This document shows positions 35,952 through 45,499 of a stretch of 64,000 nt of DNA, one piece after another. The stretch comes from an uncultured Acidobacteriota bacterium (lineage in GTDB: Bacteria > Acidobacteriota > Thermoanaerobaculia > UBA5066 > Gp7-AA6). Position 1 is the stretch's first letter, and every line of letters begins with the position of its first letter. Location: positions 189,411 through 253,410 of the forward strand of contig CAWATD010000001.1 of NCBI GenBank assembly GCA_963784935.1, written 5' to 3'. The notes below the pieces were generated by a model, which did not search any database, was not told the DNA's origin, and worked only from the letters and a program-made list of their open reading frames with translations. Made by a program: the position numbers and the translations under genes.

Positions 35952-37268
35952 ATGCTTGCGCTCCCCATGAGAGCGCGGGCGCTGCTTGCGGCCTCACTGT
36001 TTCTTTGGGCGGCGGGATCCAGGGCTTCGACCGCTCCCCTCGTCGTCTTGGCACGCATCGACACCCCGATCCACCCGGCTTCGGCGAGCTACCTCGAGGG
36101 CGTGCTGGCCACGGCGGAAAAGGTAGGAGCGGCTCTCGTGGTCGTGACGCTCTCGACTCCGGGCGGCCTGCTGACGTCGACGCGGGACATGAGCTCCGCG
36201 ATCCTACTGAGCCGGGTGCCAGTCGCGACCTACGTGTCGCCCTCGGGTGCCCAGGCAGCATCAGCGGGCTTTCTCCTGTTGTTGTCGGGCGACGTCGCGG
36301 CGATGGCCCCGGGCACGAATACAGGCGCTGCTCATCCCGTTGGCGGAGAAGGCCAGGACCTCCCCAAGAAGCTGAACGAAAAGGCCGAGCAAGACGCTCG
36401 CGCCTTCGTCCGGACGCTCGCGTTGCAACACGGACGCAATGTCGAGAAGGCCGAGCTCGCGGTGTCGAAGAGCGCCTCGTACACGGAGGCGGAGGCGAAG
36501 GCCGACGGTCTCGTCGAGATCATCGCTCGTGACGTTCCGGACCTGCTCGCGCAGCTCGATGGGCGCCGGTTCACCCGCGTCGGGGGCGCTGAGACGACGC
36601 TTTCGGTGAAGGGGTACCGCCTCGAGACTCACGAGATGGGGCAGATGGACAGAATTCTGGGCGTCGTGTCCCATCCCAACGTCGCCTACCTTCTCTTTCT
36701 GCTCGGTCTGGTCGGCCTCTACTTCGAGCTCTCGACGCCGGGCGCAATTCTGCCGGGCGTCGTCGGCGTGATCTCGCTGCTCCTCGCTCTCTATGCCTTC
36801 TCGGTGCTTCCGGTGAACCTGGCCGGCGTGGCGCTCATTCTCTTTGCGATCCTGCTCTTTGTTGCGGAGATCAAGATCGCCAGCCACGGGCTGCTCTCGG
36901 TTGGCGGCGCGATCGCACTGATCGCGGGCTCGCTGCTGCTCTTTTCCGGCAAGGGAGATCGCGGCGGCTACAGGGTGGATCTCGGGATCATTCTCCCGGG
37001 CCTGGCCCTGACGCTCGCCGTCGTGGCCTTCCTGACCTGGAATACGGTACAGCGCCGAAAGGCGCCGGTTCGCACGGGGCTGTCCGCCATGGTCGGCCAG
37101 GAGGCTCGGGTCGCCGACGGCTTCGGGGCCGTCGCGACGAAGGGCCGCGTGCAGATTTTCGGCGAATACTGGGAAGCGGCCGGGCCGGCCGGAATCGCGC
37201 CCGGCGATATCGTTCGCATCCAAAGCATCGAGGGGCGCACGCTGCACGTCGAAAGGAGGAGTGGATGA
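35952..37268 (+). CDS. NfeD-family membrane-bound ClpP-class serine protease
   Basis: Start taken at [22 protein letters not shown] inside track ORF 35856..37268. Has the [12 protein letters not shown] and [11 protein letters not shown] motifs, central TM segments and a C-terminal OB-like domain. Overlaps the SPFH gene by 4 nt. Confidence 0.8.
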   Translation: MLALPMRARALLAASLFLWAAGSRASTAPLVVLARIDTPIHPASASYLEGVLATAEKVGAALVVVTLSTPGGLLTSTRDMSSAILLSRVPVATYVSPSGAQAASAGFLLLLSGDVAAMAPGTNTGAAHPVGGEGQDLPKKLNEKAEQDARAFVRTLALQHGRNVEKAELAVSKSASYTEAEAKADGLVEIIARDVPDLLAQLDGRRFTRVGGAETTLSVKGYRLETHEMGQMDRILGVVSHPNVAYLLFLLGLVGLYFELSTPGAILPGVVGVISLLLALYAFSVLPVNLAGVALILFAILLFVAEIKIASHGLLSVGGAIALIAGSLLLFSGKGDRGGYRVDLGIILPGLALTLAVVAFLTWNTVQRRKAPVRTGLSAMVGQEARVADGFGAVATKGRVQIFGEYWEAAGPAGIAPGDIVRIQSIEGRTLHVERRSG

Positions 37269-38026
37269 GAGAAGTTCTCTCGGTACCCGGCCTGCTCGTG
37301 GCGGTCTTTGTCGGTCTTCTCTTCCTCTTCAAGTGGATCAACGTCCTCAACGAATACGAGCGGGGAGTGACATTCTGGCTCGGCCGTCTCGGCAAGGCGC
37401 CCAAGGGCCCCGGTCTTGTCCTGATCTTCTGGCCGTTCGAACGCATGGTCAGGATGTCGCTCCGGACTGTGGTCCACGACGTCCCGGCCCAGGACATCAT
37501 CACCAGGGACAACGTTTCGGTGAAAGTCAACGCGGTCGTCTATTTCCGCGTGGTGGAGCCGGAGAAGGCGGTCGTGCAGGTCGAGAACTTTCTCTACGCA
37601 ACGTCGCAGCTCGCCCAAACGACGCTCCGGAGCGTCCTCGGGCAGGCGCTTCTCGACGAGCTCCTTTCCGAGCGGGAGAAGCTCAACCTCGACCTGCAGA
37701 AGATCATCGACGAGCACACGACGCCCTGGGGCATCAAGGTGTCCCTCGTCGAAGTCAAGCAGGTCGATCTGCCGCCCGAGATGCAGAGGGCGATGGCAAG
37801 GCAGGCGGAGGCGGAGCGTGAGAAGCGGGCGAAGATCATCCACGCCCGGGGCGAGCTGGAAGCCGCGACCGCGCTCTCCGAGGCGGCCGTGATCATCGAC
37901 CGCCAGCCGGCGACGCTCCAGCTGAGGTATCTCCAGACGCTGACCGAGATTGCGAACGAAAAGAACTCGACGATCGTCTTTCCGCTTCCGATCGATCTCA
38001 TCAAGATGTTCCTGCCGAAGGTTTAG
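37265..38026 (+). CDS. SPFH/band-7 (stomatin-like) protein
   Basis: 253 aa. Has N-terminal [32 protein letters not shown] and [12 protein letters not shown]. This is the classic NfeD-stomatin pair. Confidence 0.9.
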   Translation: MREVLSVPGLLVAVFVGLLFLFKWINVLNEYERGVTFWLGRLGKAPKGPGLVLIFWPFERMVRMSLRTVVHDVPAQDIITRDNVSVKVNAVVYFRVVEPEKAVVQVENFLYATSQLAQTTLRSVLGQALLDELLSEREKLNLDLQKIIDEHTTPWGIKVSLVEVKQVDLPPEMQRAMARQAEAEREKRAKIIHARGELEAATALSEAAVIIDRQPATLQLRYLQTLTEIANEKNSTIVFPLPIDLIKMFLPKV

Positions 38027-38097
38027 GCGGCAAGATGTCCATCCGAGGTTCATGCTGACCGCTTGACCCGACTCGACCTGACTCGTCCCGCCTCGAC

Positions 38098-38190
38098 GCT
38101 GCGCCAGACGCCCCGACTCTCTGCGGCGCGCTTCTGGAACCTCGGGCTCTTGCGCAGTGGGTCGAAGCTGGGGTCGATCTTGAGCCAGTC
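38098..38190 (+). repeat. repeat copy E: flank + gene-tail part only (no tRNA segment)
   Basis: CTGCGCCAGACGCCCCGACTCTCTGCGGCGCGCTTCTGGAACCTCGGG...GGGTCGAAGCTGGGGTCGATCTTGAGCCAG. It looks like a B/D-type unit lacking the 65-70 bp between the two internal CTTCTGGAAC direct repeats. Confidence 0.7.
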
Positions 38191-38229
38191 GGGCGAGTAC
38201 GCGGGTTTCGAGAGGACGCGTGCGAAGAT

Positions 38230-38254
38230 TGGTGCGCCGTGCGGGACTCGAACC
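38230..38254 (-). other. isolated 3'-terminal fragment of a different tRNA (T-loop, T-stem 3' half, acceptor 3' strand, CCA)
   Basis: The minus strand reads GGTTCGAGTCCCGCACGGCGCACCA. Upstream sequence doesn't supply the T-stem 5' half or any D/anticodon arm. Confidence 0.45.
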
Positions 38255-38361
38255 TTCAGGAAGCTCTCAACAGGCCCACGAGTTGGGACCACGTGTCCGA
38301 GTCTTGTGCACGGTCCCACATTTGTGGCATTCGAAACCGGGCTGTACCCAGTGGAATGGCG

Positions 38362-38991
38362 TCAGGTCAGCTTGCCGCGCAGAAGATCTTTCGAACCTCG
38401 CCCGAATCGTCGGATAACTGCCACGGCCTGATGAATGGAAAGGTCGACCCGGCGCACCCGGTCGGCCGGCAGATAGAAGATGGACCCCGACGATGGGCTG
38501 GGTGCCCCGGGCACGTACACGGTCTGCTGGCCGTCGTCGTGCGTCTCGACGAGAAACGCGAGCTGCCATGCGTCTTCAATGCGTGCGAGCACGACGGCGA
38601 GCTCTTCCTCGTTCTCCATCCCCGTCGAGCCCGTGAGCATGCTCTTCAGCACGACGTAGCCCGGAACCTTGCCGAGGATCCTCCACTCCATTTCCTCCCG
38701 GAGTCGGCGCCCGATCGAGGTCCGCACGGCCAACCCCAGGAGGAATGAGACAACGACGATCAGGACCACCGCCGCGATGGTCGTCACGGTCAGGCCGAGG
38801 ACGTGGTGGACCGGGAACCGCTGCGCCACGGGTTCGGCAACCTTTTCGGCGATATCCAGGCCTTGCCGGAGCACCATGAGCAAAAGGATGAGCGGAACCA
38901 TGAAGAGGATCCCGCCCACGAGTGTGGCCTTGAGGAAACGGGTGATGATCCTGGGGGAGCGGGTCTCCCGCAGCGGGTTTGTCGGAGTCAT
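38362..38991 (-). CDS. DUF502-domain membrane protein
   Basis: 209 aa with two TM segments. Has GKVPGYVVLKSM and a SGSIFYLPADRV signature. Confidence 0.8.
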   Translation of the reverse strand: MTPTNPLRETRSPRIITRFLKATLVGGILFMVPLILLLMVLRQGLDIAEKVAEPVAQRFPVHHVLGLTVTTIAAVVLIVVVSFLLGLAVRTSIGRRLREEMEWRILGKVPGYVVLKSMLTGSTGMENEEELAVVLARIEDAWQLAFLVETHDDGQQTVYVPGAPSPSSGSIFYLPADRVRRVDLSIHQAVAVIRRFGRGSKDLLRGKLT

Positions 38992-39300
38992 GAACGCCTC
39001 CCTTCACTCATGGATAGTCCCGGGCGCGGCGGCGATCGAGTGGCCGTCGACACCACAGTCTTCCACGTCTCCCCACGGCGGCAGTTCTTGATCCCTCGGC
39101 GGGGCGGGCCCGAGCGCGTCGAGAAATGTCTTGACGGCCGGCTGGACGACTTCTGGGTGACGCTCTGACCTGTGCAGAGGTCAGGGCACGTTGACGTCCA
39201 GCGAGGACGCCCCGTTCAACCTTTCGACTCGATGGAACTTCCGGCCGCCGGGGACGCTCACCGCGTGGCACCCTTCTTGCTCAACTAGAATGCGAAGGCT

Positions 39301-40190
39301 GTGTCCATGAACAGGTTTTTCAAGGTCGGCTGGAAGATTCAACCGCTGCTTCTGGCGGGCGCGCTAGCATTTGCTTCAGCCCCCGCGGCGCTCGGCCAAC
39401 ATTCGGGCGGAGGGTCCATGGCGGTGGGTCCCATGGCGGTGGGTCCCATGGCGGCGGGTCCCATGGCGGTGGCGGCTATCACGGCGGCGGCGGGTCCCAC
39501 GGCAGTGGCGGCTATCACGGCGGCGGTGGCGGGTCCCACGGCGGTGGCGGCTACCACGGCGGCGGCGGCGGGTCCCACGGCGGTGGCGGCTATCACGGCG
39601 GCGGTGGCCACGGTTACTACGGTGGCCGCGGTTACTACGGTGGCCACGGCTACCACGGTGGCCACGGTTACTACGGTGGCCATGGCTACTACGGTGGCGG
39701 CTACTACTACCCCGGTTGGGGCTGGGGTTTGGGCTGGGGCGCCGGTTGGGGAGACTGGGGTTGGGCCTGGCCCGGCTGGTGGGACGGTTACGGCTCGTCC
39801 GGCTACGTTTCGACGTACCCGTCCGTAGAGGTCCAGGTGGGCGAGGACCAGAGCGATTGGGTCCAGGACCCGAACCAGTCCTGGCGGGGCAGCGGACCCG
39901 GACAGCAACCGCCAGCCGGGGGCCAGCCTGCGCCCGAGCCGGGCGCCGGTACGGTGTCGAAAACGAGGGCCCGCATCGTCCTCCGGATTCAGCCGGGCGA
40001 CGCGGCCGTCTACTTGAACGACAGTTTCGTCGGGACTGGGGAAGAACTCTCGACCCTGGCCAGGGGCATGCAGGTCCCGCCGGGACAGCACACGGTCACG
40101 GTCTCGCGACCCGGTATGAAGACCGAGGAGCGCACGGTGGTTGTGGGACCCGGAAAGAGCGAGACCGTCGAAATCTCCCTGCAGCCGTAG
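39301..40190 (+). CDS. secreted Gly/His/Tyr/Trp-rich low-complexity protein with C-terminal PEGA domain; frame broken near 39417
   Basis: The signal peptide (MSMNRFFKVGWKIQPLLLAGALAFASAPAALG) is in frame 1. HGGGSHGGGSHGGGSHGGGGYHGGGG...GHGYYGGGYYYPGWGWGLGWGAGWGDWGWAWPGWWDGYG and the PEGA domain (ARIVLRIQPGDAAVYLNDSFVG...HTVTVSRPG) are in frame 0. The first repeat unit reads GGGTCCATGGC where later units read GGGTCCCATGGC. Confidence 0.65.
39405..39790 (+). repeat. coding short tandem repeats (GGTGGGTCCCATGGC- and GGCTACCACGGTGGCCAC-type units)
   Basis: Directly visible periodic GGN/CAY/TAY units. They encode the Gly/His/Tyr block. Confidence 0.8.
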
Positions 40191-40481
40191 GGGCGCGATC
40201 ACGGGTTGACCGGCACCGGCCTTGCGGAGCTGCCTGACCGCTTGGGTACCGACGACCGGCGGACTGTCGGCTCGATTCAGTCGAAGATACGAGAAGACGG
40301 TCTCATCATTGGCGCCGCGGCTCTTCATATGGACGGCCTCTCCCAGCGGGTCCTCCTCGGTCGACATCTACCTCGGCAAGGCGACCTGACCGAGGTACGC
40401 CTGAGCGTGATCAGGCGTCAGGGAGCGACCGCAGTTCCTCGGGTGGCGAGGGTGTAGCGTGAAGGGTGGAGGTCCAGTGCC

Positions 40482-40673
40482 ATGCCAACGGTCAAGTGCG
40501 AACGCTGCGGGAAGGCGATGACGCAGGCGCGCAATCTGACGGTGAAGCTTGCGGTGCTCCTGGGCGACGGGACAGACCCGGGCAAGGGCGAGGTTCGCCC
40601 CGATGCCTATGTGTGTACCAACTGCGGGCGGGTAGAGTTTCGCGTGCGCGAGCCAGGCCGATTCTCTGATTAG
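40482..40673 (+). CDS. small zinc-ribbon protein
   Basis: 63 aa. MPTVKCERCGKAM...YVCTNCGRVEF has two CxxC knuckles. GGTGGAGG lies 9 nt upstream. Confidence 0.5.
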   Translation: MPTVKCERCGKAMTQARNLTVKLAVLLGDGTDPGKGEVRPDAYVCTNCGRVEFRVREPGRFSD

Positions 40674-40713
40674 AGGCACGAGGGCCCCAACGATCCCTGT
40701 CGAGCCTCGGACT

Positions 40714-40760
40714 CACTTCCCGCCGGCGACGAGCTTCTGGAACCTGGGGTCGTTGCGCTG
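40714..40760 (+). repeat. repeat copy F: short fragment of the gene-tail module
   Basis: CACTTCCCGCCGGCGACGAGCTTCTGGAACCTGGGGTCGTTGCGC, compared with copy B CACTTCGCGCCGGCGACGAGCTTCTGGAACC. Confidence 0.5.
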
Positions 40761-40781
40761 CGATCGTCAGGTCCGTCGTGA

Positions 40782-41726
40782 GTGTATGATCTTGCTCGCG
40801 CCTCATCTACCGCAGCCAGGCGACGATGCCATCGAGGAGATCGCATCACGAGAAACCCGGCCTTCCGCGCCGCATTCCTGATTGTCGGGCTCTTGACCGC
40901 CGCTTCGTCCGGGGCGGTGACGTTCACGTTCAGCACGGGAACCCCAGATGGGCGGATGGCGACAGGATCCCGGCCGGGCGCCTCTGGCATTCTCGAGATC
41001 GAGTCGGCCGACGATTTCGTCCTCCCATCCCAAACGACGATCGACCACGCGACGTTCTTCGGGCTAATCCCATCGGGCGCGAAGCCTTCGGACGTCTCGC
41101 AGGTCATCGTCGAGATCTACCGAGTCTTCCCTCAAGACTCGACGAGTCCACCCTCCGGCAACGTTCCGACTCGAGCGAACTCGCCCTCCGACGTTGCGTT
41201 CGAATCTCGGGACAGCGGCGGAACTCTGTCTTTCTCGACCACCACCCTCGCGGCGAGCTTTACGGCCTCAAACAGCGTTCTCAACGGAATCCACAAGATC
41301 CCCAACCAGACCACCCTCGGAGAAGGGGCCGTGACTGGAGAAGAGGTCCAATTCGATATCACCTTCTCGACAGTCATTACGCTGCCGGCCGGCCACTACT
41401 TCTTCGTTCCGCAGGTGGCCCTCGCCAGCGGCGACTTCTATTGGCTGTCGGCTCCCAAGCCGATCGTCGCGCCGGGAACTCCGTTCTCACCCGATCTTCA
41501 GAGCTGGATCCGGAATGGAGACCTCACCCCCGACTGGCTTCGCATTGGAACCGATATCGTGGGAGGAGCGACACCTCCCACGTTCAACGGCGCCTTCTCG
41601 CTGTCCGGAACTCTGTCGAGCGTCGCCGTGACGGCGGTGCCGGCCCTGGGCACGGTCGGGTTCGGTGCACTGTTGCTCGGTCTGGCCGTTGCGGCGCTCT
41701 TCTTGCTGCGCCAGCAGGGAACCTAG
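40782..41726 (+). CDS. secreted protein with PEP-CTERM-like C-terminal anchor
   Basis: C-terminus is VPALGTVGFGALLLGLAVAALFLLRQQ. The start is uncertain. A better signal peptide (MPSRRSHHEKPG/FRAAFLIVGLLTAASSGA) appears if an ATG at 40826 in another frame is joined by a 1-nt shift near 40862. Confidence 0.6.
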   Translation: MYDLARASSTAARRRCHRGDRITRNPAFRAAFLIVGLLTAASSGAVTFTFSTGTPDGRMATGSRPGASGILEIESADDFVLPSQTTIDHATFFGLIPSGAKPSDVSQVIVEIYRVFPQDSTSPPSGNVPTRANSPSDVAFESRDSGGTLSFSTTTLAASFTASNSVLNGIHKIPNQTTLGEGAVTGEEVQFDITFSTVITLPAGHYFFVPQVALASGDFYWLSAPKPIVAPGTPFSPDLQSWIRNGDLTPDWLRIGTDIVGGATPPTFNGAFSLSGTLSSVAVTAVPALGTVGFGALLLGLAVAALFLLRQQGT

Positions 41727-42319
41727 GAGCGGACTTCTTCGCCTGCGCGGGCCTTACATGAGTAGCTGAGAGAATTGGTCGCGGCGAGAGAACTTGAACT
41801 TCCGACCACTCGGTCCCGAACCCAAGACTGTTGATCCGTTGGGATCAGGGGTGAGACCCACGAATCACGATTCCAGCAACTGCGGCCTGGCCCCCACCGG
41901 CATCGGCTGGGGAGAAGGCGGGGTCAGTCCTGCAGACCTCTTCTCAGCCCCTTCGGAACCCTTGTTTGGTTCCGACTGGACCGGTCTGCAGGCCCTTTGC
42001 GCTGGAAGGTGCCAAGCGAGCGGGGCGGCCTGGGCACAATCCCGGAGGCCCCTCGAGATCTCGTAGTGATTAGATGCGGCTCTGAAGTACGTCGATCATG
42101 GACACCCGGGACACGTCGACCTCTTTTCATTTTTGGAAGTGCGGCCAGGGTCACCAGAACTCGACCGAGCTTTCAGCTGAAGAGCGCAAGCAGGGCGCGA
42201 TCCTTCTGAAGTGCTGGGTCACCGGGTGCCGAGGGCAAAAGGTCATTCCAGGCAGGACCTCGTCGTCCCGGATCCGCGACGGGTCACCGAAAAGTCCCTA
42301 GCGGACGTTGTTCCCCCAA

Positions 42320-42400
42320 CTCGACCCGCTGCGCAAGATCCCGAGGTTCCAGAAGCTCGTGGCAAGGTCGATCTTGAGCCATCCGGGCGAGAGGTAGCAG
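42320..42400. repeat. repeat copy G: gene-tail module with its distal about 45 bp inverted
   Basis: 42320-42364 reads LDPLRKIPRFQKLVA on the plus strand. The adjoining 42365-42400 encodes ...YLSPGWLKIDL on the minus strand. Confidence 0.5.
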
Positions 42401-42566
42401 AGGATTTACAAGAGCACCTTGTAGTCCCGTCCGGTACGCCTCCCCATGCCGCCCGCGCCGAGCGGCATGGATCTTCGGTTCGAGAGGCGCGCTACCGAAT
42501 TCTATTGTCTGGAGCACCCGGGCCCGCAGCCGGGGCCGGCGCCGCCAGACCGCCCGCAGACTACGG

Positions 42567-45157
42567 TCAGCGCAACCCGTCGACGACGTATAGCTCGCCG
42601 AGGATCCGGCTGCCCCCGTACGCCCACACTCTGCCGTCGGGCGCCACGCGAACCTGGATTCCCTGGATGGTGGCGTCGAAGGGGATTTCCTTCCAGAGCC
42701 GCCGGCGGCCTGTCTCCATCTCGTACAACGAGACTCTGGCGGGCCTCTCTCCCCGCCGAAAGACGTAGAGATGGCGCGAATCCTGGCCCCACTGAACGAT
42801 CCGATCACCGGGCGGCGAGAGGTCCGGCAGGACCCGCGATTCGCCGGTTCCGTTCAGGGGGATGAGGAGCGCCTGGCCGCGGCGGATGCCGATCACGTAT
42901 TTTCCGTCCGGCGAAACCGGGCTGGTCAATTGCGCGAGCATCAGTCTCTCCGGCCCGATGGCCTGCGGCTTGCCTTCCGGGACCGCCTGGACATAGAGGC
43001 GTGAGTCTCCTCCCTTCCCCCGCGCGGAATACACGACGCTCCTGCCGTCCGGAAGCCACGCCCCCCAGTCGTACTCGGCAAACTCTCCTGCGAGCGTCCG
43101 CGCCTGTCCCGGGCCGGTCGGAAGGAGGAACAGCGTCTCCGCCTTCCCGGTAGAGGGCAGGCTCTGCGCAAGGACCCACCTGCCGTCGGGAGAAATCGCA
43201 AATCCCTCGCCGTCGCCGAGCTTGACGGCCGGCGACCCGTCCGTGCCCCGCAGATAAGCGACGGACAGTGATCCGCTGCCTTCTCCGGCTTCGTTCAGCA
43301 GAACGGTCCTGCCGTCGAAGGACAGGTCGGCAAGCCAGGAGTCGTCGAGCCAGGAGAGCTCGCGCCCCTCGGGTTCGGACGTCGAGGCGAACCGCACGAC
43401 TCGCGAGCTGCTGTGATGACCGAGCAGTACCCGCCCTTCCGGCGATACGTCGTCGAGCTCGAGACTGCCAGGCACGCGCATCAGGAGCCGCCGCTTGCCC
43501 GAGAGGTCCACGGCCCACAGCGCGGTCGGTTTGCCCGGTTGTTCCGGCGCCGTGAACCACACCTCGCGGCCGCTGGCGCTCCAGCACGGGACGCCGAACA
43601 CGGCGCTCCAGCCTTCCGAGAGAATCCGGTGCGCCCCTCCCTGCCGATCGACGACGGCGATCGCCCAGGCGCTGCCCTTCTCCTCCGAGAGGGCGACGGA
43701 CCGGCCGTCCCGCGACACGCGCAGCGTATCGGCCCCCCGGGGAACAAGAACCTTTCCGACGGGATACTCGAGACGCGCTTGTCCCTCGACGACATGGACG
43801 ACGGCAAGGTCCTTTCCGTCGAGGGAAAAGTCGGCCCCCGCGTAGGCGACATCCTCGAGAACCTGCCGGGGGGTCCCTCCCGACATCGGGACCAGGGAGA
43901 GCGTCCCGGAGGGCTGCCCGACCGGAATGACGAGGATCGCCATCTCGTTCGATGGCGAGATCGCGAGGATGTCTCCCTCGAAATCGAACTTCGCGGATTC
44001 GGGGCTGCCGACCTGGGTTCGGTAGAGCCGCGTACCCGGCGGGTCGCCGATCCATCTCGCTCCGTACACGATCGTCCGGCCGTCCGGCGCAAAGCGGGCG
44101 TTGCCGATCGCGCCCTGTCGAAAGGTCAGCCGCGTGAAGCGGGGGGCCTCCGGCGCGGCGCTCAGGCGGCCTCGAGCGAACCAGCCGGCGCCCAGTGCCG
44201 CGGCGAGCAAGGCAACACCGGCGAGCAGCGCGGGGACACGCCGGCGCGGCCGCGCCGTCGTGGCGAGCAGGGCCCCTGAGCCGCTGGTGACTTCCGAGAT
44301 GTGGTCGCGCACGCTGGCGAGGTCCCGCGCCAGATCCCGCGTCGAGGCGTACCGCTCCTCGGGCTCCTTGGCCAGGCACCGGTCCAGCATCCACCGCACC
44401 GGCAGCGGCAGGTCGGGACGGAGCTTGGCAACCGCCTCCGGCTCCTCCCGGATGATCGCCGACATCGTCTCGGCGGCCGTCTTCCTCTGGAACGCCTTCT
44501 GCCCCGTCGCCATCTCGTAGACGATCGACCCCAGCGAAAACTGGTCCGACCGGAAATCGAGCGCCTCGCCCGAGGCCTGCTCCGGCGACATGTAGGCCAC
44601 CGTCCCCATCACCGTCCCGGGGTGCGTCTCCGGCTGGACCAGCGTCGGCATCGCCGACACCTCTCCCCGACTCCGGCTCCACCAGCTTCGCCAGGCCGAA
44701 GTCCAGGATCTTCACGAACCCGTCCTTCGACACCATCACGTTCTCGGGCTTCAGGTCCCGGTGCACGATGCCCAGCCGCGTGCGCTTTCGCCAGGCCCTC
44801 GGCGATCTGCGCGGACACGCTCAGAACCCTTCGCACGGGCAGCGGCCCCGAGGCCTCGAGCTCCCGCAGCGTCTTGCCGTCGACCAGCTCCATCGCGATG
44901 TAAGCCGACTCGCCCTCCCGCCCGATCTCGTAGACCGTCACGATGTTGGGATGGTTCAACGCCGAGGCCGCTCGCGCCTCCTGCTCGAAACGCAACAGCC
45001 TGTCCCGGTCCAGGGCTACCGCCTCCGGCAGTACCTTGAGGGCCACGTCGCGCCCCAGCCGCGCGTCCCGAGCCTTGTACACCTCACCCATCCCGCCCGC
45101 GCCGATCGGCGACAAGATCTCGTAAGGACCGAGACGGGTCCCGGCTGAAAGTGCCAT
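42567..45157 (-). CDS. Ser/Thr protein kinase - TM - TolB/WD40-like beta-propeller; two frame breaks in the kinase domain
   Basis: The gene is split across three track ORFs. Part 1 is [29 protein letters not shown]...AKAHAAG (ORF 44609..45157). Part 2 is (I)[25 protein letters not shown] (ORF 42805..44766). Part 3 is [29 protein letters not shown]... plus a 600-aa propeller (ORF 42567..44660). Breaks are at about 44770 and 44664. Confidence 0.75.
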
Positions 45158-45499
45158 CGGATGACCGCTGCGTCGATTCTATGTCGTGGGGAGCAGTCTG
45201 GGCGGGGCCGCCCGAAACCACGTGAGAGTCGCATCCGCTATCGGGAACGATACTCGTCGCGCTTGCGGACCGCTGCACGGTGCCGGTCGGCGCTCCTGAA
45301 ATGGTGGACAGGTCATGTCCGCGCCCGAGTCGTCAGCGTTGCCGCGGCCCTGTGACCCGGAGCAAGAGAGTCCTTCAGGAACTTGACGATTTCGGCAAGG
45401 GTCGGCGCCAACGACTAGCAACCGAGCGGCCTGACATCTTGGGAGAACTTTCTGCAGAGCCCGTCGTAACTCTTGTAGTCAATCGACAGGAGGGACGAC

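Noticed and set aside
39405-39790. Short periodic repeats that might be mistaken for a CRISPR array or satellite.
   Set aside because: The units are 15-18 nt, contiguous without spacers, and translate in one frame into a Gly/His/Tyr protein block continuous with a PEGA domain.
41777-41812. Another tRNA 3'-end-like fragment on the minus strand (GGAAGTTCAAGTTCTCTCGCCGCGACCA).
   Set aside because: The T-stem pairs poorly (one mismatch plus several G-T pairs) and no other tRNA features are present. It is too weak to call and is noted only as a possible very decayed scar.
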